A stretch of 64,000 bases of DNA, from IMG/VR virus record IMGVR_UViG_3300047321_000298, positions 181,518 to 245,517 of that record, one strand, 5' to 3'. The translations under genes and the position numbers were made by a program. Under the pieces are notes generated by a model. The model was not told where the DNA came from, did not search any database, and saw only the letters and a program-made list of their open reading frames with translations. The DNA comes from a virus (lineage: Duplodnaviria > Caudoviricetes). This document shows, in pieces, positions 36,084-43,204 of this stretch (within the stretch, counting starts at the first letter, position 1; every line of letters begins with the position of its first letter).

Positions 36084-36118
36084 GTTAACTTGCAGAAGAT
36101 GAGTTAACCGTATACATT
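36084..36118 (+). promoter_or_regulatory. parAB promoter overlapped by three GTWWAC sites
   Basis: TTGCAG(36090)-17 bp-TACATT(36113); GTTAAC 36084 and 36103, GTATAC 36110. Confidence 0.5.
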
Positions 36119-36144
36119 CCGACCAATTCGCCATTTTACGGAAG

Positions 36145-37428
36145 TTGCAGCGAAAAATGGCGACCACTTCAGTAAATAACCACACTGCCAATGAAGGGGA
36201 GTCCAAGATGCTCGTTGCCAAACCAATCGTATCTATCGAACACTCTGTCAAGCACACTCCGAACCGTGTGGCCCTAGACGACATTGAGTTCATCGCACAG
36301 AACGCGAGCGAGATGCTGATGAATGTGCGTGAGAGCATGCTTGCTCCGCATCCGCGAAAACACGCGCCTGTGTTCACAACCTCACAACTCGCGTCGCTCT
36401 GCCAGGTGGATCGCAAGAAGATCAACTATTACTGGGAGAAGCCTGAACTCGGCCTGCCCCAAGGCACAGTGCTGCCGCGTACGCGCGAATTCACGCTGGT
36501 CGAAGCGCGCGAATGGGTCAAGAAAGTTGGCCCGTACCTGAAGCGGCCGGACGGTGTTAAGGGCAAAAAGATTGCAATCGGAAACTTCAAAGGGGGCGTC
36601 TCCAAAACTACAACAGCGATGACTCTGGCTCAGGGCCTGTCGCTGCGCGGTCGGCGCGTGCTGATAATTGATCTTGATCCGCAAGCATCGCTCACCGCGT
36701 TGAACGGAATCTTGGCTGACAGCGAAGTCAATGAAGACCAAACGATTCTGCCACTCATTTACGGTGAAGCGGACTCGCTCGAATACGCGATCCAGCCGAC
36801 GTACTGGGATGGTATCGACCTCATTGCGGGCAGTCAGTCTTTGTTCAGCGCTGAATTTTACCTTCCCTTCAAGCAGTCACGCGAACGCGAATTTCGTTTT
36901 TGGGAAGTGCTGGAAAAGGGCTTGGAACCTCTGCTCGATCAGTACGACATGATCATCATCGACACGCCCCCTGCCCTCTCCTACGTTACGATCAACGCGT
37001 TCATGGCCGCAGACGGCCTGATTGTTCCGACTCCGCCGAACGCACTGGACTACGCATCGTCCACGCAGTTCTGGTCGCTGTTCACGGACTTCGCACGGAG
37101 CATGAAACAGATCGTGCCGGACCTGAACAAGCACTTCGATTTCATCCACGTCCTGCTCGCTAAAGTCGATCAATCGCAGGCAGCAACGTTCGCCGTGCGC
37201 GAGTGGATTAACCGCACGTACGAGCGTCATGTGCTGCCGGTTGAGATTCCCACGACGACCGTGACATCGAGCGCATCGACCGAGTTCGGGACCGTCTACG
37301 ATATCTCGAAGTACGACGGCAGCAATAAAACCTACCAGCGGGCGCGTGAAGCATACGACCGATTTGCAGAGATGATCGACCAGGAGATTTTCGCGCTGTG
37401 GACCTCTGAACTGGAGGTCGCAGCATGA
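36145..37428 (+). CDS. parA: ParA partition ATPase (type Ia, N-terminal HTH)
   Basis: Deviant Walker A GNFKGGVSKTT, IDLDPQASLT, IIIDTPPAL; N-terminal HTH extension; start may be ATG 36205. Confidence 0.96.
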   Translation: MQRKMATTSVNNHTANEGESKMLVAKPIVSIEHSVKHTPNRVALDDIEFIAQNASEMLMNVRESMLAPHPRKHAPVFTTSQLASLCQVDRKKINYYWEKPELGLPQGTVLPRTREFTLVEAREWVKKVGPYLKRPDGVKGKKIAIGNFKGGVSKTTTAMTLAQGLSLRGRRVLIIDLDPQASLTALNGILADSEVNEDQTILPLIYGEADSLEYAIQPTYWDGIDLIAGSQSLFSAEFYLPFKQSREREFRFWEVLEKGLEPLLDQYDMIIIDTPPALSYVTINAFMAADGLIVPTPPNALDYASSTQFWSLFTDFARSMKQIVPDLNKHFDFIHVLLAKVDQSQAATFAVREWINRTYERHVLPVEIPTTTVTSSASTEFGTVYDISKYDGSNKTYQRAREAYDRFAEMIDQEIFALWTSELEVAA

Positions 37429-38456
37429 GCATTAAGGAGAAAATGGCGGCCCGAACTGCGGCGATTGCAAGCCCCAGCGGTAACCGGCCAGTCGAACCGC
37501 TAGCTCGCCCGAAAACTGGTCCAGGTCAGTTTCTGGCCGCAATGCCGATCCTTGCAGAGAAAGAGGAAGAACTGGAAAAGGCGAACGCTGAGAATGCAAG
37601 TTTGCGCGAGCAACTTGAGCAGGCGTTGGCGAATGGAAATCCATTGGGCTCCGCCGTTGAGGTTCCGCTCGATCAACTTCATGAGGTCCCTGGGCGTCGG
37701 CGCTACATGCCCCGCGAAAAGTACATCGAACTTCGCGACAACCTGAAAACCACCGATTTGATTCATGCGGTGGTCGTCCTGCCACGTGAATCAGGTGGCT
37801 ACGAAATCTGGTCCGGACACCATCGGGTGGACGCGTATCGCGAGCTTGGCCGCACCACGATCATGTGCGTCATGGGCAAGGCTGAAAAGGCTTCTGTCAG
37901 CGCCGGGGCGTTCTACGCAAACCTGATGCAGTCGGACCTGACCGATTTCGAAAAGTACCAGGGCTTCAAACGAATTCAGGAAGAAAACCCGGGCATCACG
38001 CAAGCGCAGATGGCGGAGCGTGCGGGCGTAGCAACTTCCGTCCTTTCCCGGTTGATGTCATTTGAGCAGCTACCGGAACCAGTCCTGCAGATGCTGAACG
38101 AGCGCCCTGCTTTGCTTGGTGCGACCTCTGGCAGCGCACTCTCCGGACTGGCCGCAGAGGGGAAAGCAGAACGTGTAATTGAAGCTGTGCAGAAACTGGC
38201 GAAGGGCGAAATTGACCAGACACAGGCCGTGAAGCTGGCGAGCACGGAACCGGCAAAGCCCAAAGAAACGAAGAAGGCAGAGCGGGTAAAAGTTCGCGTT
38301 GGCAAAGCCGTGTATTGCAGTATGAGCACGGCACGCAACGTTGTGCGGATGGAATTTCAATCGGAAGAGGAAGCCGCAGCAGCTAGGGAAGGGCTAACGG
38401 CATTTCTGGAAGCACGGGCCGAAGAATTACGGGCGCAGGCACAGGACGAAAAGTGA
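37425..38456 (+). CDS. parB: ParB/RepB/Spo0J partition protein
   Basis: ParB N-domain (YEIWSGHHRVDA), HTH ITQAQMAERAGVATSVLSRL; ATGA overlap with parA. Confidence 0.95.
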   Translation: MSIKEKMAARTAAIASPSGNRPVEPLARPKTGPGQFLAAMPILAEKEEELEKANAENASLREQLEQALANGNPLGSAVEVPLDQLHEVPGRRRYMPREKYIELRDNLKTTDLIHAVVVLPRESGGYEIWSGHHRVDAYRELGRTTIMCVMGKAEKASVSAGAFYANLMQSDLTDFEKYQGFKRIQEENPGITQAQMAERAGVATSVLSRLMSFEQLPEPVLQMLNERPALLGATSGSALSGLAAEGKAERVIEAVQKLAKGEIDQTQAVKLASTEPAKPKETKKAERVKVRVGKAVYCSMSTARNVVRMEFQSEEEAAAAREGLTAFLEARAEELRAQAQDEK

Positions 38457-38493
38457 AAGTCCTTTTGAATCAAGGACTTCCAAGTTGGAACTT
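38457..38493. promoter_or_regulatory. candidate parS/centromere palindromes
   Basis: aagtcctt/aaggactt inverted repeat and ttccaa-g-ttggaa dyad immediately after parB. Confidence 0.4.
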
Positions 38494-38533
38494 CTGAGGA
38501 ACACGCAATGAACTGATTCTGAGGCGGGAAAAG

Positions 38534-38565
38534 AAAAAGCCCTCGGCTGGAACCGAAGGCTTTTT
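38534..38565 (+). terminator. terminator after parB
   Basis: aaaaagcc-ctcgg...ccga-aggcttttt. Confidence 0.6.
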
Positions 38566-38711
38566 GCATAAAAGGGCTCGGCTGGAAATCCGTTCCCCGC
38601 ACTACACTCACCGACTGGAAATCGGCAAGGACCTCAACAATCCCGAGTGTAGCGGAACGAGATTGACAGTCAAGTGAATTCAGCCATTTTCTGAAAAATG
38701 GACTGCACAGC

Positions 38712-39944
38712 ATGTCAATCGCGCAACACTCCGTTGCTGGCGAGGGTGAAGCTCGCCCCCAGCAGTCAGTACCCGCCGAAGTCTCAAACGATGCAGCCGC
38801 CCTTGCCGCGTTTCGCTGCGATTCGATCAACCTTCCGTGGGTTATCTTTCGCGCTGCATTCCGCGCAAACCAGATCGAACAACTGCCAGCACGCGCACGT
38901 TCTGTTCTCGCTGCCCTAGCCCGTACAGTTGACGCTAATCGCCCGTTCGCTGCGATCTTTGCCCGCCGTGAGTTATTGACCGGCCGCGCAATGCAATCGA
39001 TGCGCACGTTCTATCGCAGCCTGGACGACCTAGAAGCCGCAGAACTCATCGAACGTCGTCCGCAATCCCGCTACGTTGAAGTCGGTCGATTCGGCCGTGC
39101 GAATTTGCATCTCACAGAGCGCGCAGTGGTTCTTCTTGGATTGGTTGAGGTGCAGGCCGAGCAACTCCCTACAGCGCCCGCAGAAACGGCTCAGACGCCC
39201 TCACATGCCGTCCGGATGCAGACCGCAGAACCCAGCGTTTCTTCGTTTATCCGCCCGACTGCCAACGTGGCAGACGGTGCTATATATGGTGATCTTTACC
39301 CTGCTTCTTCTCAAAAGAGACAACCGGGGCAACTGCCTGCGGACCTCCAACGTCTGCGGTCCCTGGGTTTCATTGATTTCCTGATTTTCAAACTCATGAA
39401 GGAAGCGCGAGAGAATCGCAAACGGCTCTCCGACGTTGTTGAAGCTACGTGGGAACATCTGAAGGCTGCGAAGCGACCGATCAACTATCTGCGTGCGCTG
39501 CTTCGTAGCCCTGTCGATTTCGCTCATCAATTGCGAAGCAAGGCCGAAGCTCGACACGCGGCACAACGTCAAGTCGAACGCGCAGCGAACGCGGAACTCA
39601 TTGCACAACGGTGTGCAGGACAGACGTTTATCGACACTGACGGCCAGCGCAAGTACGTGCTCGATACGGACGGCCAGTCCATGACGGTGTACGTTCGTGG
39701 CGAAGGGGTGGGGCGGCAGGCTGCAGGCTGGAAGGAGCAGTTCGCAGAGGCGCTTGAGAAGGGACGCATTCGTCGTGCTGCGCTCGATAACTTGGAGGCG
39801 TTTGGTCCGGCACCCACACAGACAGCGAGAGCGTCAGCAGGGGAGGGCCACACCGCGAACGTAAAGCCACCGGTTACCGCTCAAGTCCGTAGCCACATCG
39901 CTGGATTGCGTGCCATTCTTCGCACACAGCGGAGTATTATGTAA
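38712..39944 (+). CDS. plasmid replication initiator (Burkholderiales parAB-associated Rep, winged HTH)
   Basis: Follows parAB; wHTH-like LLTGRAMQSMRTFYRSLDDLEAAELIER; resembles 'replication protein O'-type initiators of Burkholderia plasmids as I recall them. Confidence 0.7.
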   Translation: MSIAQHSVAGEGEARPQQSVPAEVSNDAAALAAFRCDSINLPWVIFRAAFRANQIEQLPARARSVLAALARTVDANRPFAAIFARRELLTGRAMQSMRTFYRSLDDLEAAELIERRPQSRYVEVGRFGRANLHLTERAVVLLGLVEVQAEQLPTAPAETAQTPSHAVRMQTAEPSVSSFIRPTANVADGAIYGDLYPASSQKRQPGQLPADLQRLRSLGFIDFLIFKLMKEARENRKRLSDVVEATWEHLKAAKRPINYLRALLRSPVDFAHQLRSKAEARHAAQRQVERAANAELIAQRCAGQTFIDTDGQRKYVLDTDGQSMTVYVRGEGVGRQAAGWKEQFAEALEKGRIRRAALDNLEAFGPAPTQTARASAGEGHTANVKPPVTAQVRSHIAGLRAILRTQRSIM

Positions 39945-40238
39945 GGAGTACATACTACATTAGACGAACGCTGCGCTTGGGTGTCGTGTTGATGGTTTGC
40001 GATTCCGTGAAACACTTCGGAACCTAGCTGAAAACGGGCAAACGTTTGGCTATTCAGCGACTTGGCGCTAGGTCCTCAGTTTGTTTCACGGATTTGTCAG
40101 GAAATCCCTACGCGGATCGAGCAAAACGGCTCGTTTTCTGGCCTAGCGCACGCGGCGCACAGCATTCGCTGGAAACTGTAGTGAATGCTACGTATTTTGT
40201 AATGACGAAATTCTTGGCCACCACTCGCGGAAAACGTA

Positions 40239-40266
40239 TTGACGTTTTGTGCAGACGGCGTAAAAT
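40239..40266 (+). promoter_or_regulatory. early promoter/operator
   Basis: TTGACG-ttttgtgcagacggcg-TAAAAT, with a leader similar to the 26770/29289 copies. Confidence 0.8.
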
Positions 40267-40304
40267 CGGGTTTGTCGGATGTGAACGAACCGGAGCAAGA
40301 ATAA

Positions 40305-40478
40305 ATGGCCTCAAACGAAAAGGTGTACTTCATCGAAACCGATGACCTAGCGAAGCTGGATCGTCTAGCCGACCGGATGATGGGCGGCACTGATCAGGAA
40401 CGCGATTTCGGTCACACGCTCTGGTACGTCCTGGACCGGGTACGCAAGAACGAGCTTGACGCGAGCGTGTTGAAGTAA
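40305..40478 (+). CDS. small hypothetical protein (57 aa, not in ORF track)
   Basis: MASNEKVYFIETDDLAKLDRLADRMMGG...; GGAG RBS directly after the promoter. Confidence 0.6.
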   Translation: MASNEKVYFIETDDLAKLDRLADRMMGGTDQERDFGHTLWYVLDRVRKNELDASVLK

Positions 40479-40517
40479 CGCGGCACCGGCAGTCTCTATA
40501 ACTATGTGGAGTGCATC

Positions 40518-40787
40518 ATGTGTGTAGCTCAAATCAGCAGCGCCCAAGACGAACTGATGGCCCTGATCCGCAAAGCTCAGTCGCGCGGCCTGAACGTAGT
40601 GAATATCGAATTCGAGGAAAGGGCTCTGGCGGAAGAGGGCGCGTTCATCATCGACACCGTGCAGGTTGCAAGCAAAGGTTTCGGACCGTATCCGCTTGGA
40701 CATATCGCGGCACGAGAGCGTATTGCCGAATGGCTGTGGAAGCAGTCGCCCGCGTACAAGGCTCCGTCCTTCCTCGGTCGTATCTGA
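40518..40787 (+). CDS. hypothetical protein
   Basis: GGAG RBS before ATG 40518. Confidence 0.6.
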   Translation: MCVAQISSAQDELMALIRKAQSRGLNVVNIEFEERALAEEGAFIIDTVQVASKGFGPYPLGHIAARERIAEWLWKQSPAYKAPSFLGRI

Positions 40788-40975
40788 TGGACGAGCCGAC
40801 TTTCGATGTACCTCTGACGGAGGGCGAAATCATCATAATCCGCGAAGCCCTTCGCAAGTTTCCGCGTTCGCACGAAATGGCAACCCTGTACGACGCAGAG
40901 ATTCTGAGCGCGGACCGCAAGATGACTGAGTTGCTGGCAGCTTCATTCGATCAGCATATGGGTCTCAAACCATGA
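40787..40975 (+). CDS. hypothetical protein
   Basis: TGATG coupling; MDEPTFDVPLTEGE... Confidence 0.6.
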   Translation: MDEPTFDVPLTEGEIIIIREALRKFPRSHEMATLYDAEILSADRKMTELLAASFDQHMGLKP

Positions 40976-40997
40976 CCAAACTGATCGGGGGCTGACG

Positions 40998-41168
40998 ATG
41001 GACGCCTTCGAGCGCCAGCAGCGAGCATACGAGCAGGGAGAGAGGGCGTATCACGCGGACAAGCCGCGCGAGAAGAATCCGAAGCGTGGAGAACTTGAGC
41101 GCGAGGCTTGGTTTGCGGGTTATGACCGCGCAAAAGAACTGGACGAGTCGAACGACTTCGACGCTTGA
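40998..41168 (+). CDS. ribosome modulation factor (RMF)-like protein (56 aa, not in ORF track)
   Basis: MDAFERQQRAYEQGERAYHADKPREKNPKRGELEREAWFAGYDRAKE follows the RMF pattern (RA..G..A......NP.....R..W..G[WY]). Confidence 0.6.
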   Translation: MDAFERQQRAYEQGERAYHADKPREKNPKRGELEREAWFAGYDRAKELDESNDFDA

Positions 41169-41190
41169 TTAACAAACCCAAACGGAAATT

Positions 41191-41787
41191 ATGGAAAGTA
41201 AAACAATTGTGCTAGACGGTGACGGGGTGGTGTTCGATTACCGCAAGGCGTACCCAGGAGTCTGGAAAGCTGCCTTCGGCACCGACATCATTATGGTGGA
41301 ACCGAATGCCTACCACGCGCATACGGCGCACGGTGTCCAGTTCGAGAGCGCGGAGCAGGAAGCGCAATTCTTCGAACACTTTGGTGAAGACGCGTGGGCA
41401 ACGATGCCGCTTATGGATGGTGCTGACGAGGCGTGTTCGCTGCTCGTCGGCTGTGGCTACAAGCTCGTGATCGTCTCGTCAATGAATCCGAAATTCGAAG
41501 CCGCGCGTTTGAGCAACTGCAAGCTGCATGGCCTGCCCATCTCTGAGGTCTACGCAGTGAAGCGGGCAGGGGAGGGCAATCCAAAGTTGCAGGTGCTGCA
41601 CGATCTGCAGCCGGTCGCTCTGGTTGACGATCTGGTGGACAACTTCGAGGGGCTGAACCAGTCGATTCACTCAGCGTTCATCAACTACCAACGCTTCGAC
41701 TGTCCTAGCATCGGTCGCACGTTGCTGTCAGATAGCGTGCACGGATCGCTTCTGGAGTTCGCGAAGTTCTGGACCTATCCGAAGTAG
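41191..41787 (+). CDS. HAD-superfamily phosphatase (5'-nucleotidase-like)
   Basis: Motif I LDGDGVVFDY, motif II VIVSS, Lys in GNPK, motif IV LVDDLVDN. Confidence 0.85.
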   Translation: MESKTIVLDGDGVVFDYRKAYPGVWKAAFGTDIIMVEPNAYHAHTAHGVQFESAEQEAQFFEHFGEDAWATMPLMDGADEACSLLVGCGYKLVIVSSMNPKFEAARLSNCKLHGLPISEVYAVKRAGEGNPKLQVLHDLQPVALVDDLVDNFEGLNQSIHSAFINYQRFDCPSIGRTLLSDSVHGSLLEFAKFWTYPK

Positions 41788-41816
41788 TTGCACAAAACGT
41801 CAACATCCCCTATACT
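41788..41816 (+). promoter_or_regulatory. early promoter in a reversed operator motif
   Basis: TTGCAC-aaaacgtcaacatcccc-TATACT. Confidence 0.75.
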
Positions 41817-41845
41817 GAATCTGTGGGTTCACTAGGGGATGCAAA

Positions 41846-42007
41846 ATGTCTGAGTTAGCGCGGCACCTTCGATTTAACGTACTGGTAGCCAGGCGCGCTT
41901 TTCCGGACAATCCCGCGTGGACCGAAGAAGCAGCGTTCATAGCTGGCTTGCTGATCGCGGGTGAGTACGACCGCGATCTTTTCGAAGAAATGCTGGAGGC
42001 ACTCTGA
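41846..42007 (+). CDS. small hypothetical protein (53 aa, not in ORF track)
   Basis: MSELARHLRFNVLVARRAFP...; AGGGG RBS after the promoter. Confidence 0.55.
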   Translation: MSELARHLRFNVLVARRAFPDNPAWTEEAAFIAGLLIAGEYDRDLFEEMLEAL

Positions 42008-42008
42008 C

Positions 42009-42221
42009 ATGGCGCTTACCATCAAAAAGGAAAGCCTGATTGACTGGTTTGTCGAAGACGACAGCAAGCCGCCTGCTACTCGTGTTGTTGCCCGCATCAC
42101 GAAGACGACCCAGGGTTACCATGTGGCGCTCCGACTGTTCGATTTCAAAGAGCCGTACTTCTTCCAGTACTTTAAGGAAGCAAAGGCATGTGCGCTCGAT
42201 CCTGCTTCGCAACCCGACTGA
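42009..42221 (+). CDS. hypothetical protein
   Basis: ATG 42009 with GGAGG RBS. Confidence 0.6.
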   Translation: MALTIKKESLIDWFVEDDSKPPATRVVARITKTTQGYHVALRLFDFKEPYFFQYFKEAKACALDPASQPD

Positions 42222-42239
42222 CTCTCACAGAGGGAACAA

Positions 42240-42467
42240 ATGAATAAGATTGCAGTGTTTGACCAGATCGACGCGGCATTGATTGCAGGTGAGCTTCCGC
42301 CGAAATGCGCTAATGCTTGGATGGCGGCTGGCGACAACGCCACCGGTACGGAAGGGTCAGACGAGTTCAAGATTTCGGCCGTCGAATCGTTGTCGCTGAC
42401 CGCACCGTTTCAAGAAAACGAGTCGGTTCGTGAATACTTCGATACCAAGTTCGGCTACCAGTGGTAA
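42240..42467 (+). CDS. hypothetical protein
   Basis: GAGGG RBS. Confidence 0.6.
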   Translation: MNKIAVFDQIDAALIAGELPPKCANAWMAAGDNATGTEGSDEFKISAVESLSLTAPFQENESVREYFDTKFGYQW

Positions 42468-42498
42468 CCGCCGACACCTCTCACAAAGACCAACTGCC

Positions 42499-42762
42499 AT
42501 GACCATTGACGAAGCAAAGAGGGCCGGGGCTAACGCATTCATCGCGGGCTTGGGCCGCGCTCCCGCTCTGAACCACGGGTTCACCACTGACGCTATCGCT
42601 TCGGCACGCGAAACTGGCGGCAAACTGACGGATTTGCTGGCCGCCTACGGTACGGGTTGGACCGTGGCGAACCTGGCAGAGAACGCCCCTCTGCCGGACA
42701 TGCCGAGCGTCATCGAATTCAATCGCCTGATGGCGGTTTGCACAGTTGGGCTGAGCGGCTAA
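42499..42762 (+). CDS. hypothetical protein
   Basis: MTIDEAKRAGANAFIAG..APALN...AYGTGW. Confidence 0.6.
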   Translation: MTIDEAKRAGANAFIAGLGRAPALNHGFTTDAIASARETGGKLTDLLAAYGTGWTVANLAENAPLPDMPSVIEFNRLMAVCTVGLSG

Positions 42763-42780
42763 CCGGAATATTCTGTGGAA

Positions 42781-43155
42781 ATGAGACAACTCAGTAATCT
42801 CGCAAAGCCCAAATCTGGCGAAGCCTGTAACGGCTGCGGATACTGTTGTACCGTGGAGCCGTGCATGCTCGCGCAAGATTTCCTGCACAGCAGCAGCGGG
42901 CCGTGCGTTGCGCTGGAAACTGTGGAGGGCAGATTCATGTGCGGGCTCGTGCGTAACCCACTAGGGTACCTGTTCAAAGCAGCGCACCCGGAGATGGAGG
43001 TCCCTGTCCTAGAAGCTCCCCCAGCGGTGAAGGAAGGGTACCAGCTATCCGTCAACTTCGCAGCGGCCTTGGGCATCGGCATGGGCTGCGATGCGGACGA
43101 CGATGAGAAGTCGGCCGCTTGGGCTCAAGCCTTCTACCCACGACCTTCCGAATAG
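42781..43155 (+). CDS. Cys-cluster (Zn/Fe-S) protein, YkgJ-like
   Basis: CNGCGYCC...PC...PCVAL...CGL. Confidence 0.65.
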   Translation: MRQLSNLAKPKSGEACNGCGYCCTVEPCMLAQDFLHSSSGPCVALETVEGRFMCGLVRNPLGYLFKAAHPEMEVPVLEAPPAVKEGYQLSVNFAAALGIGMGCDADDDEKSAAWAQAFYPRPSE

Positions 43156-43158
43156 ACG

Positions 43159-43204
43159 AAAAAAGCCCCGCAACCTGATCTAAGTTTGCGGGGCTTTTGC
43201 TTTT
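43159..43204. terminator. bidirectional terminator
   Basis: aaaagccccgcaa...ttgcggggctttt between convergent genes. Confidence 0.75.
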
